Source: Podarcis erhardii (lineage: Eukaryota). Taken from it: DNA of 64,000 nucleotides. The position numbers were made by a program, and so were the translations under genes. Below, piece after piece: positions 41,741 to 54,700 of this stretch (within the stretch, counting starts at the first letter, position 1; the number at the start of each line of letters is the position of its first letter). The DNA is taken from NCBI GenBank assembly GCA_964252035.1, contig OZ176200.1; one strand, 5' to 3'. The notes below the pieces were generated by a model. That model had not been told where the DNA came from and made no database searches. It worked only from the letters and a program-made list of their open reading frames with translations.

Positions 41741-43914
41741 TAGTTAGTGTATATTTATAGAAATGATCAACCTACAAAAGAAATTAAATAACCATAAATT
41801 ACCAGCAAAAATAATTTTAAAATCAACTGAGTGATATATACATAGGCTAGTGAGACAACTGTATTGAAGAACCAAAGAAACTTAGTCACCCATAAGTTTA
41901 AGTCTAATAAAAATGATATTTTAATCTATCAGCCAATCAAAACTAATTGTATCATTGCAATACATTCACATTGTGTGTATTCAATTGTTGTTTGTTCCAA
42001 AAATGTAGTCAACAGTGGGTATGAAAAATAGGGCAACTGAATCCTGATTAATGTAGGTGAATTTCTGACATCACTGTTCCATCTACTTGAAGGAAGGACA
42101 ACTGAATCCTGATTAATGTAGGTGAATTTCTGACACACTGGCTTGATGGTATGTTCCTCTGGTGCTGCTAACACCCTAGGACTTTTCTGCTTCAGCCTCT
42201 CCTGGGAGTGGGTGAGGTGGGCAGCATGAGGTAAGAAGGAACATAATCCCAGATTGAGGGCTGCTTGTTTGGAATTTAATATCAACTATTTAATATTTCA
42301 GTTAAACAGAACTAAACACCTCTGTAGTGGATTCTTAATTTTATTTTGAAAATAGCTCAATTTAGTACTAATCAAATCCTACATTAGGTTTTGAATCATA
42401 CTAATAATTTCAGTTTTACTTAGTTGAGAATGTAAATTTATTTGTTTGAAAACATACTTTAAACTAACCAAATTAGAAGGCTTGTAGGAGTCTTACATTT
42501 TAGAATCTTGAATATCAGCCATGCAAGGTGCTTAAGTATAAATTCCTTCAGGGTTTTAAGCCCTTTGGCCTCTTGTCCTAAATTTAATTTCATTCCTGAG
42601 GCCTCTGCAAGACAGAGATTGAAAAGTGGATTATGTGATAACTTTTTGAAGTCATTATTAAAAAGAAACTAGCTATTCACTTAAATAGTCCTAATCCAGT
42701 ATGGAGCTATACTTACCTAAGTCAATGGGACACATAATTTTGCACTGGTTTCTGGCTAATATATTTTGTCATAGGGAAATACTGATGAATCCTAATTCAT
42801 TCAAGCAATACATATTTTAAATTGTATCATTTACAATTTAATTATCTAAGTAAGTATTTTATAAACCTGCCCTCTGTGCATACTTCGTAGATACAGTTGT
42901 CATAATATCCTTATTCAATAAGCAATTCATTTTGTTGGTAACATGTTTGTGTAATTTGTAGAAGTTGAAAGCAGGATAATTGTTTCAAGACTAAAGGGGA
43001 CGTTGCTGGAAAGAGGATACTCTTAACATACGGTATCTGTGAGCACGATGCAATCATGGAGTCAAAATATGGTGTATAAATAATTTGATATATATTAAAC
43101 GTTTTGTATGGCAATAGTTGCAACACAGTTTTTCAATTAGAGATCATCCCCGTGCAAAGACATTCATATTGCAAGCATAGGCGGCTGCATGTAATACTGT
43201 AGAAAACCTCCTTTGAAAGCATATTTTTCCTTGGGATGTTTTTGAAAATGACTTTTGCTAACCACTAAATGCTTTTACATGCAACTTTATTTACTCCAAA
43301 ATGACTGAATATATTGTTTAAGCAAGATAAGCGTACACAAAACCCCCCTAACTTTATATGCGCAATAACTGTTAATGATAGGTGTCTAAAGGTTGTGAGC
43401 TTTATTGGTTGAAAATTGCTGCATGGCTAAGGGTAGATATATTGACATATTTGAACCAGTGATCTTTTAAGAACTCTGACAGCAATATATGGATTCCATG
43501 CATACTAGAGACATGCTTGCCAGTCAATATAAGTCAGCTACCACTTGAATGGTGCTTCATGTTTGTAACACAAATTCATCTTGGACTCTAAGGCTGTGTA
43601 CACATTGCCATTTATTCTGGCCCCAGTGCACTCCCATTGCTGGTGTTTGAAGCCATGGACACATGACATTAGCCACAATCCATATCTATCCTGGAGTTTG
43701 GTAGTGCTGTTTGGTGCATTTCCCCTGAAACCAGCTTCTGTCCGATTTAAAAACATAAGCTGCATTAAACATTGGCAGGGATGGGGGACGACAAGGTTGA
43801 ACCTCATAACTGCCATAGGGCTGAGCAGGAGTCCTCTAGTGTCACTCTCTGAAAATGGCCGGAAATGCAGGTAGGAGTGGAACCCCTGCATGACTGTGCC
43901 TCCAACTCCAAGCC

Positions 43915-44480
43915 CTCAGTTTATTTTATTTATTAAACTTGTATACCTCCCTTTACTCGCAGTTCTCAGGGCGGTTCACAACTTAAAAGTACAATATAAA
44001 AGCACAAAATACATGATGAAAACAAGAACAAAAAACCCACAAAGCAATACCCCCACCATAAACACATTTGAAAGGGGCAAAGGCCTGGTTGAAGAGGAAC
44101 GGTTTTTGCCTGGCACCTAAATGAATAATGAAGGCACCAGGTGGACCTGCCTGAGGAGAGCATTCCACAGAGAAGCCACTGCAGAAAAGCCCTGTTCTGT
44201 TTTGCCACCCTCCAGACCTCTCATAGGAGAAGCACATGAAGAAGGGCCTTCAATTATGATCTCAGGGTCTGGGTAGGTTTATATGGAGAGAGGCAGTCCT
44301 GAGTTGCTCTAGGAGGATGCCATGGTTGATGATACTGAATGTCACTGTGAGAGAGTATAAACAAGGCCACGTTCTCCAGCTCCAAGTCTCTATCATTATG
44401 AAGATCATCAGCCAAGGTGACAGAAGCCATTTCAGTGCTGAAACAGGTTTGAGGTGGGTTGCGCTGATCTGCTTCCTCCT
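43915..44480 (-). mobile_element. Degenerate L2 3' fragment
   Basis: tttattttatttatt tail, ctcagggcggttcacaac terminal motif, degenerate RT C-terminus. Confidence 0.65.
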
Positions 44481-45794
44481 TTCATGCATGGTCAATACTC
44501 ATTGAATGCCTTGCTTAAGAAGATTTAGGCCACCTATGAATTTTAAATCCCAGCTAAACCAAACACTTCCTTCATAGCAGGCTCACCAATTTTCAGCATT
44601 CCATTCACAGCTAGATGAGTTGGTAATACACAATCTTTAGGAGTTAAGTTTCTCTCTGCTAGCACTGGAATGGAGAAATGACAACACTGAAGAGGTGCCC
44701 AATTTTGCCATGGACTGGTGGGCCACTCGCTATGCCTTGGCAGCCCAGATCTGCCAACCCTTTAGACTATTTCAGCAATGGACAACTTCAGGCTTGTGGG
44801 ATCATTCCACCAACTGGAAATAGGTACAAAATGGTGGCTTATGGGGCAAAACCAGCTACCGACTGCATGCAGTGATTCTGGGTTAACTTACTTAAATGAG
44901 TACAAATCTACATCTGAGTTACTGCAGACCAGGGTTAGATAGCTACACAAAGATCTGGTTAAAGGCAACTAATTTAATACTAATACTTTGCAGATGTAGA
45001 ATATTGAAACTTGGAGAGAAGTAATTAGTACAGCATGGAAACAATTGTACTTGCAGTTTTAAGAAACAGCAAATTATAACAGAATTTATAAAGTTCCATT
45101 TTACAGCTGGGGAACAGCAATGCTCAGAGATGAGGTACATCAGGGTGCTGCATCAGACTACAGGTTTTTGTTGTTGCTCTTGTTGAGCAGATGGGAATCA
45201 GAAATCCTTGCTGACATCTTGAACAGCCGATATACCCTGATTCTTTGCCCAGTCGCCTCTTTGGGGTGTTTATAGGTTTAAGCGTCTCTCCAGAATTTCT
45301 CTTTTACCAGCTGGGCAAGATCTCCTCAGCACTGCTGGCACACCTAGGTTTACTTCAGGACTGCTGATTGATTCTTCACATGCCGTTCACTTTCATAGGA
45401 ATCTCAGCAGCTCTTGGATCTCTTTGGCTGCTCACAGCATCATCTGGTCTGTTCAGCAAACACCCACATATAACCATATTCTGTATAAATCCTCAGTCTG
45501 CAATTTTACCTCAGACAGCAGCATGCGGTCATTGTATTTTCCCCTCACAGTCCCCTTTGCAGGAAATAATACTTTGTCATTTTACAGCCTTACAATACTT
45601 TCAAATATGACATATCCAGGACTATACACCCTGTTGTGTGTGTGTCCTTTCTTTATGAAGTTGTATATGCATTCTTTCTGATGGGGTCACTAGGCTCTCT
45701 GACTATTCTGGCTATTGGACACTCAGGGTCAGTACATGGGAACCTTTTCAGAATCTCAAAGCTACAGAGAACCAAGTGCGTGTTTCAGAGTTTT

Positions 45795-45796
<2 letters not shown>

Positions 45797-45876
<80 letters not shown>
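45797..45876. repeat. Compound microsatellite (CT)26(GT)14
   Basis: Direct reading. Confidence 0.95.
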
Positions 45877-45878
<2 letters not shown>

Positions 45879-48685
45879 CAGCATCTCTGACAGGCTCTTG
45901 CAGAAAATAATTTTGAGCCTTGCAACATAACAAATAGAAATATATGCCTCATGCAGAAGTATTATACATTTATTCTGGTTCCGCTCCCTTGCCTGGGTAC
46001 AATCAAATAACATTCCTTTTCTGAACAGAACACCATACCTACTGAAGTGTACTTCAGGCAGCACAATCAAATCACATACATTTATTATGAAACTACAACA
46101 GCATGGTAATACTAATAAATACTAATAAATCCTTAAGTGCACTTCACTCTGCTCTGAACTTTTTCTGAACTTGAGGATACGTAGCCTGGGACTTTAAGGT
46201 GCCTGGTCTCCAGGATCCCACTATTATTATTTCAGACTTACTTTTAGGCTTGCTTCTCCAAGAGTGCATATAGACTGCTTTCCAAAAAGAATTCAAGCAC
46301 ATTCCCCCCCTCCTGCTTTCAGAACATATTGGGAACTTAGAAGAGATTCCACAATGGATTTTGTCATTGGTCTTCCTTTACCATACTTCTGTTGGATGGG
46401 CTGTTGTCCTTTCTTTTAATCCTTCAAAGAGCTGTTTGTAACGATCATTAATTTCAATCACCAAACCAACCAGAATCCCTTTAAATGCTGCAAAACTGCT
46501 TTTGCGGGGAGGAGTTCATAAGCTCACAAGCACTGGTTAATCTGCCCTGGGCACACGCTTTCACTTATGTAGAAGTGAATTCATAATTTCGTTAAAATTC
46601 ACAGCATGCTCTAGCTGACATAAGTGAATGTATTCCAAAAGAGACAGGGTACACTGGCACACACCAGTTTTTCCTGTCACTATGGAGAGTGAAAGAACAG
46701 CTGCACCTGTTTAACTCTTAAGTTCAGATGGGGAACCTCTGATCTTCCAGATACCTTTGAGCTCCAACTCCTGTCATCCCCAAACAGCTTGGCCACTGGG
46801 AATGATGGGAGTTGTGGTCCAGTAATATCTGGAGGGCCACTGGTTGCTCGTCACTTTTAAACCTTTTGGTTGTAATATATTTATTATTCTCAAATAAATC
46901 AGTGTTATTTCCCCTTTAAATGAAGAGTTAAAGTCACAAGGAAACAGAAGTTCAATTTATCACATGTACTTTCTTAGTGTGAACAGAGGTAGTGTCAAAC
47001 ATAAAGGTGTTTTTTTTTTATAAACTTGATAATCCATACTTCCATTTAAACACACACAGACACAGGTTTATGTTTGGTTTTAGGTTTCATTTAACATGAG
47101 TAGGATCACTAGAACAAACTGATTAGGAAGCTAACATATTTCTCTTGTAACAAAAAAACCCCCTCAAACACTTCCTTGTCTCTGAATGGTTTCTGTATCT
47201 AACTGTTCCCATCGCTGAGAAGCCAAAACAGTGTTGGATTTCTGAAGTGGAAGAATTTGATGCATTCTGGGGAGGGAGGACATGAATATCACTGTAGACA
47301 CTCTGTGCCGGAGGCTATTGTATCTCCACTCTGAGATGTCTGCCAGGGTGATACACTGTAGAGATTTATTTATTTATTTTTTAAAAAAGACTGAATGGTT
47401 AAGAATCCTGAAAAGAAAGCATGCAGAATGTTGCTATTAAAAAAAAAAAGTCTACAAGCTCAATCTTTCTCTAAATGGTGTTTCTCTGATTACACTTTAG
47501 ATAGATGGGTGAATTTAGAAGAATGCATTCCAGGATGAGGATAAATTGTACCTGACAATTACACTCTGACAAGCATAATTGAAAAATGTGGGATAGGAAT
47601 TGGTGCCCTTGTCCCCGGTTGTTATGTGAAATTTTCTCTCTAAAGTAGGGACGGGCAAGAAAGCCTTGGAGGTTCATCTGGGGAATCTCATCAGGCCGCT
47701 AGTATATTTTCTGTTCCTTGTTTTCCTCTGTATTATGCAACCCTGGCTATGCAAGACCTGGCAAAGGGCTCTCCCTCCCTTCACCCCAATTTACATTAGG
47801 CACGCACCCTTGTTTTGCTGCTTTAGGTATCACATAGGACAATGCTATCAGTGGCTGCAATGTGTGTCTCCTCCCTCCATTGTCGGAGGCACTATTCCTT
47901 TGAATACCACTTGCTACGAATCACAGGTAGAAAGAGTGTTGTTGTACTCAGGTCCTGCTTGCAGCCTTCCCGTAATAATCTGCTTGGCTACTGTGAAAAC
48001 AGGGTGCCCTGGGCCTGATTCAGCAGGGCTCTTACGCTCTTACACTAAACACCTTCAAAACAGAAAAGGAAAATATGTTTCAACAACCCTACCTAGACAC
48101 ACAATTTAGTATGGTGTATTTGGATTTTAAATTTTACTTATTTTCCTTGTTGACAATTGTTTTATAACACGTTACAGTGCCTGGAGATTCTTCCTGGTTA
48201 GGTGGTTTATAATTTTTTCTAAGTGAATAATATAGACATATCCTTGGGGTGCAGCTCTCTGAACATAGGCCTCTACTGTGCTCTTTAATTCTCTTCATCT
48301 TCCCAGTGAAGGCAGCAATTAAGGCAACAATGAAGCCCTGCCATTTTCATAGTGGAGACTGCCAACCATTTTCTCTCATGCAAGCTGAGCCACAGACAAC
48401 AGGTGCTTTAAATGCCGCCCTGTGCCTCCTTGTTGTTAACAACAACAACGGGCTTTGTGCGAGTTGCTCAGTTACTCCTACCCTGCTGTGTTTTGGAATG
48501 AGTGGTTTAACTGGATTATAAGAAAGGTGTGTCTGCAGGGCTCTGTTCAGAAGCTCTCAGCTTCATATTAGGGAACAGAGAATATCTGTGTCTTCTTGTC
48601 TCACATGAGAACCAGTCAATAGGAACTAATTTTGCTGGCCTTCTGGTCACTGCTCTTCTTGTGTCCTTATGTGAGGCATCTGCTA

Positions 48686-48690
<5 letters not shown>

Positions 48691-48750
<60 letters not shown>

Positions 48751-48759
48751 TGTGTGTGT
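48691..48759. repeat. Compound microsatellite (TC)21(TG)13
   Basis: Direct reading. Confidence 0.95.
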
Positions 48760-49228
48760 TTCTCAGCAACCCCATCCAGACACACAATTCTAATCCTGTA
48801 TTTGACTCCATTATAAACAGTGGAGTAGCCATTGCCTCTTCATGCCAGAATCCTAGCCTCCATTCCAGAACCTCACTCCACTAATGGTTGGTGTGGTGGA
48901 GATGACGCCACTCTCTTAACTCCCGAGTTTCTGCAGCTTATGTGGACAGGGTGGTGGCAAGGGTTAGAGGTACTTGGATGCACCAGTGAGACTGCTGGAT
49001 TGACTCAGTGAGTCTCCACAGCCCTGACCTTGCCCCTGTCCTTGCCACACCCACATAAATTGCAGCAATGCAGCTGCCAGGAGGGTAGCCCTACCCTGCC
49101 ACACCTGATGCTCCTGGTCAAGGATGCAAAATTTCATGTGCTGAGCACCTGAGGAATGTAGCAAGCTGCCTTCTATCAGGTTAAACTATTTGCCTGCCTA
49201 GCCCAGTATTGTGTACTATCCCAGTATT

Positions 49229-49555
49229 GCCCCATCTGCACTACACATTTAAAGTGGTATCATACCACTTATAATACAAAAGGTTATAGCTTCCCCTAGA
49301 GAATTCTAGGAACTGTAGTTTTTTAAGGCTGCCGAGAGTTGCTAGAACACCCCATTCCCCCCAGACAGCTACAATTCCCAGAATTTTTTGGGAATAGGGG
49401 TTGATTGTTAACCACTCTGGGAATTGTAGCTCTCCAAGGGGAAGAGGGGCCTAATAACAACTCTCAGCACATTTAACTTTGCAGCATTCTTTTGGGGAAA
49501 CTATAACTGTTTAAAGTGGTATGACACTGTTTTACATGTGTAGTGCAAATGGGGC
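49229..49555. mobile_element. TIR MITE (possibly PIF/Harbinger-type)
   Basis: gccccatctgcactacacatttaaa ... tttacatgtgtagtgcaaatggggc inverted ends. Superfamily is a guess. Confidence 0.65.
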
Positions 49556-50732
49556 CCAGCATCTTCAGCAGAGAGATCTTTCCCTGCCAAAGGTTGGTGT
49601 TTAGGATGTTTGTCCTGAGCAGGGCAAGTAATTGGGGAGGAGATGGAAGGAAGAAATGTTCTATATCGTTGTCCTGTAATGCCTCCCCTCCCTTTGGCAA
49701 GCAGTTTTTAAACAACAAAATCCACAGTTGGGCAATACCTTTTATGAGGACCAGCTGAAATTTCACAAAATATTGGCAAGCTCTTGAGTCATGCAGAATT
49801 CTTCACCAAATACAAAGCATGGGATGGGGAGAAGAAGTAAAGTAAAAATATATATATAATAAAAAAATAAAAATAAAGACTAAAAATTAGACCAGATGTT
49901 GCAAGCCATAAGGCCACCTTCTAGACTCAATTCCAAGATGAAGACAGCAGGGTGTAAAACCCTCTGGTACGTATTGCAGCTGTTGGGTTAGATCCTGTCG
50001 TGCAGATCCTCAGGCATGTTAAAACTATTTTCAGTGGCATTTCTGCAGCTGATCAATCCTAAAGTGTCAGATTACAGCTGTTTGGCAGATTGTTTTGTTG
50101 CCAGCAAAAGAGGTGATGTGGAATATAAGCTGTTGATTTGAAATGTTTCATGAATAGAGGAAAAACAGGCCATCTCACCTGGCTAAAAAGTATTGTAAAA
50201 ATTTCCAAATGTATAAATATTGTTGCATACTGCCATCTAGTGGATAAAATACATCTTTAAAAATGAGAATTCTCCATGGCCCCATCGGCACTACCCAAAA
50301 TCTCACTTCCAACGCTGCCTGTTCCTGCATTTTGGGGTGAGGGTTCCCTCATCTGCTCACTTTTCAGATGTCCTGTAGCAAAACCCAACTTTTCTCCCAA
50401 CCCAAAAGTTTTTCTGATATGCTTTCCCCTGAACATGTCTTTGGCATATCACTATGCCTGCCTTGTCTTGTTATTTCCCATGCTTTTTACTCCCCAGAAG
50501 CAGGCCACATTTCCCTCACTCCTGCGTGCCTCAACTTCTTCCTGCTTCCTCTGTTGTTCATTTCTGGCACCCCTCCTTGTGCTGTGGAACTCTTTTACCT
50601 GGGGGGAAGTCCCTTTGCAGTGAATAGGGCTTACTTCTGAGGAGGCAGCAGTGAGTGAGACATGCACCATCTCTGCCATATCACTCACTCCTCTCCCCAC
50701 AACCAACTGCATAGAAATTAGGTGGTTTTTGT

Positions 50733-50951
50733 TTATTATTGCTATTATTGCTTTTAGTGCATTTCTTCTCAAAAGAGCTCACTTCTTCTCCTCTCCATTA
50801 ATACCCTCACAACAATCCTGTGAGGTAGGTTAGGCTGAGAGACAATGACTGGCCCAAAGTCACCCAGTGGGCTTAACAGCCAAGTGGGGATTAGAACACT
50901 GATCTCCCACGTCCAAGTCTAGCACTCTAACCACTACTACACACCAGCTCT
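50733..50951 (-). mobile_element. Older tRNA-derived SINE of similar type
   Basis: Shares ctgtgaggt.ggtt.ggctgagaga...tgactggcccaa.gtcacccag with 58616-58849. Confidence 0.65.
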
Positions 50952-51042
50952 CCAAAGAGGATTTGAATACAGTGGAGAGGATATATAAGACAGGAGGAAC
51001 TGGAGCCTTTTCTTTTATACTTAGAACTGCACTGCATACCAT

Positions 51043-51149
51043 TGAGGGGCAGGTCAGCAATAACTCACAAGGTGCCAGTGAAATTAACTCTTTATTCAAA
51101 GAAACAAAACAGCTCAGGCCTAGTGAGCACAGCAACTCTTCCCAGTAGG
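51043..51149 (-). mobile_element. Older LTR-like remnant, 3' part with AATAAA
   Basis: Continues the interrupted sequence across the TSD; AATAAA at 51096-51091; possible CA end at 51044-51043. Boundary uncertain. Confidence 0.5.
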
Positions 51150-51772
51150 TGTGCTGGACCCGGGGGAAAGGTACCGTGAGCGTAGTCTGAGTCCACACGA
51201 GGAGGGGCGAGGTCCGAGGCGGAGAGCCGGGCGGGGAACAGGAACGCTGGAACAGGAGGCCGAGCAGGGAACAGGAACACCGGAAGGTCAGGAACAGGAG
51301 GCCGAGCAGGGAACAGGAGCACCGGATGGTCAGGAACAGGAGGCCAAGCAGGGATCAGGAACACAGGAAGGTCCAAAGCCAACAACGACGTTGCTCCCGC
51401 AACCTGGGACCGGGCTGCCTGACCTTTATCTTCTTCTAAGGCCGGGGGCGGTCCCGGCCCCCAGAAGCCCCGCCTCTCTTGGCCTTAAGGCGAGCACTCC
51501 TCCTGGGAGACACCAGTTCCCTTCGCCTCTCTGCCCTAAGCCTCTGCAGATCAGGAGAGGCCGAAGGGTTACTGGGCCCCGGGGGAGGCTCACCTGTAGC
51601 CACTGAGTCTTCCAGCACCTCTGGGGCCTGAATGATTTCACCTGGTGCCTGCTCTTGAGTTTCCTCAGCAACTATGCCTTGCCCCAGTTCAGCCGGCCCT
51701 GAAGGCGGGGACTCCTGCGCCGGCTGGGATTCCTCCGGATCACTCTCAGACTCGGAATCCCAGGCCATCACA
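51150..51772 (-). repeat. 3' LTR (623 bp)
   Basis: Copy of the 5' LTR, directly preceded by the PPT; contains the last ~111 codons of pol. Confidence 0.96.
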
Positions 51773-54700
51773 CCATCCCTCCTCCCAGGCCCCCCCCTCA
51801 CTTGAGGGCCCGGACCCGGCTTGCTGGGGTACGCTGCATAAAACTCCCGGATGCAGGCAGGTGCGTGGACGTTGACCGCTGGTTCCCAGGAACGGTCCTC
51901 TGGCCCATACCCCTTCCAGTCAATGAGATACTGCAGCCGTCCCCTGCGGTATCGGGAGTCCAGAATGCGTTCCACCTCGTACTCAGGCTCTCCCTGCACC
52001 AAGACTGGCTGCGGTCGGGGACGGTCCGGGTGGAACTCGTCGGGTGGGGCCACCGGACTCAGAAGGGACCTGTGGAATACCGGGTGAACCTTCAGGTTTG
52101 CTGGCAACCGGAGACGGAATGCCACAGGCGAGACCTGGTCCACGATAGGAAACGGGCCGGTGAACCGGGCGTCCAGCTTCCGCGAAGGTCGAGAAGGGTG
52201 GAGGTGGCGAGTGGAAAGCCATACCAAGTCACCGATGTGAAGTTCCGGCCCCACCTGGCGGTGGCGGTCGGCCTGGACCTTGTACGCCTCCTTGGCCTGG
52301 TGCAGCTGCTCCATCAACAGCTGTTGCTGGGACTGGAGCTCCTGAAGCCACTCTGTCACCGCAGGGACCGTAGATGCCGGCAGCACATCCGGAAACAACC
52401 GTGGATGAAGGCCATAACTGGCTTGGAACGGGGTCTGCTGGGTGGACGCATTCACCGCGTTGTTATAAGCGAACTCCGCCAATGCTAGGTGGTCGACCCA
52501 GTCGTCCTGCTGGTAGCTGCAGTAACACCGGAGGTACTGTTCCAGTACCGCGTTCGCCCGTTCCGTCTGGCCATCAGTCTGTGGGTGGTAAGCAGATGAG
52601 AGACAGACCTCTGTTCCGAGGGCCTGGTGCAAAGCACGCCAAAACCGGGACGTGAACTGAACGCCGCGGTCGGATACTACACGCTCAGGTAGGCCATGCA
52701 GGCGGAAGACATGCTGAAGGTACAGCTGCGCGGTTTCCTTAGCTGAGGGTATGGATGGGCAGGGGGCACAGTGCACCATCTTCGTGAAGTGGTCGGAGAA
52801 AACTAGAAGGCAGGTGCAGCCACGAGACGGGGGTAACTCCACTACAAAGTCTAGAGAAACTGTGTGCCAAGGACGTGGTGGAACCGGCAACGGCTGAAGG
52901 AGGCCGGGGGGTCGCCCGGTAGGCCCCTTGGCCCGCCTGCAGACGTCACAACCAGCGACGTAGCGAGCCACGTCAGCCTTCAAACGGGGCCACCAAAACT
53001 CACGGCTTACCAGATGGGTGGTCCGATACCGCCCAAAGTGCCCCGCCGCTGGAGCGTCATGGGTCATCCGGAGAACCTCAGCCCGCAGCGGCCCTGGTGG
53101 GATGTACAGGCGCCCGTAGTGCAGCAGAAGACCCTGATGCGAGACCAGCCCTGGATACTGAGGGCATGATCCTTCGGCCAGTTCCTGGAGTCGTTCCTGG
53201 GCCCAAGCGTCGACCCGCTGCTGTTCCCGCACCCGAGCCTGCAGTGGCTCGACCTCCTGGGTGGCCAGGAACGCAGCTGGTGGTAGGATCGTGGTGGGTG
53301 CTGCTTGCTGAACCGTGTCTGCGTTGTCTTCAGGTTTCCGGGACAGGGCATCCGCCTTCTGGTTTTGGGAGCTAGGGATGTAGCGGATCCGGAACTGGAA
53401 CCGGGAAAAGAACAACGCCCACCGGATCTGCCTTTGGTTCAGCTTACGGGTGGTCTGGAGGTATTCCAGGTTCCGGTGGTCGGTTCTCACCTCCACCGGG
53501 TGTCTTGCTCCTTCAAGATGGTGGCGCCAAACCTCAAAGGCCACCTTGATGGCCAGCAGTTCCCGCTCCCACACGGTATAGTTACGCTCCGCTGGAAGGA
53601 GCTGGCGGGAATAGAAGGCGCAGGGTAAGAGTGGCGCTTCCGGTCCGTGCTGCTGAGACAAGACGGCACCGAGAGCCGTACTGGAGGCGTCAGTCTCTAC
53701 CACAAAGGGTCGAGAAGGATCCGGATGTTGCAAGATTGGCGCTCTCTGGAAACAGGCCTTCAACCCTTGAAATGCCTCCTCCGCCTCCTTGTCCCAGGAA
53801 AACGGCGTCTTGGGGCGCAGAAGCCGGGTCAACGGGGTGGTGCGGTGAGCATAATCCGCAATGAAGGTCCGGTAATAGTTGGCGAACCCCAGGAAACGCT
53901 GTAGGTCCTTGCGGTTCCGAGGTGCCGCCCATTCTCGAACCGCTGCCACCTTCCCAGGATCCATTTGCACCCCACCTGGTGAGAGTCGATGACCCAGGAA
54001 GTCCACTGACTGCTGATGGAACTCGCACTTGCTGAGCTTTGCATACAGACGATGCTCGCGCAAGCGCTGCAGCACGGTCCGGACATGGCCCTCGTGGCAC
54101 GCCGGGTCACGGGAGTAAACCAGAATGTCATCCAAGTACACCACCACGTACTTGTCTAGCAAGTCCTGGAACACGTGGTTGATGTACCGTTGGAACACAG
54201 CAGGCGCGTTGCACAAACCAAAGGGCATAACCAGGTATTCAAACTGTCCGTACCGGGTCCCGAATGCTGTCTTCCACTCATCCCCGGCGCGGATCCGAAT
54301 CAAATTGTAGGCTCCCCGGAGGTCTAGCTTGGTGAACACCTGCGCCCCTTGCGCCCGCTCCAGTAACTCCGAAATAAGGGGCAAGGGGTACCGGTCCGGG
54401 ATGGTAATTTTGTTCAGGGCCCGGTAATCATGGCAAAGGCGGAGCTCCCCACATTTCTTTTTAACAAAGAGCACTGGCGCAGCAGTGGGCGAGGTAGAGG
54501 GTCTAATGAACCCACGCTCCAGGTTCTTGCGCAAGAAGTCCTGCAAAGCCTCGCGCTCTGGCTCTGTTAACGAGTATAAGCGACTCACCGGTAGAGGCGC
54601 TCCGGGCTGGAGGTCTATGCCGCAGTCAAAGGACCGATGCGGCGGCAGCTGGTCTGCCCCCCGTTCCTCGAACACGTCGTGATAGTCCCGGTACTCAGCG

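Noticed and set aside
42034-42135. CRISPR-like repeat-spacer-repeat geometry
   Set aside because: Only two copies, not palindromic, no cas genes, vertebrate context; a local duplication.
45636-46070. ORFs with SLSLSL/VCVCVC/ERERER runs (also 48516-48816)
   Set aside because: Translations of dinucleotide microsatellites.
47666-48109. 147-aa ORF (also 2732-3178, 148 aa, and the many 60-120-aa ORFs)
   Set aside because: No recognisable motifs or splice support; expected by chance.
51025-51042. TGGTATGCAG after the old LTR end as a PBS of a larger element
   Set aside because: Matches the Met-i PBS only over TGGTAT; no internal retroelement sequence follows.
51151-51606. Plus-strand LTR ORFs (151 aa here, 180 aa at 56069-56611) with EQEAEQGTG repeats, and other antisense ORFs across pol
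   Set aside because: Non-ATG starts; explained by the 42-bp repeats and high GC content.
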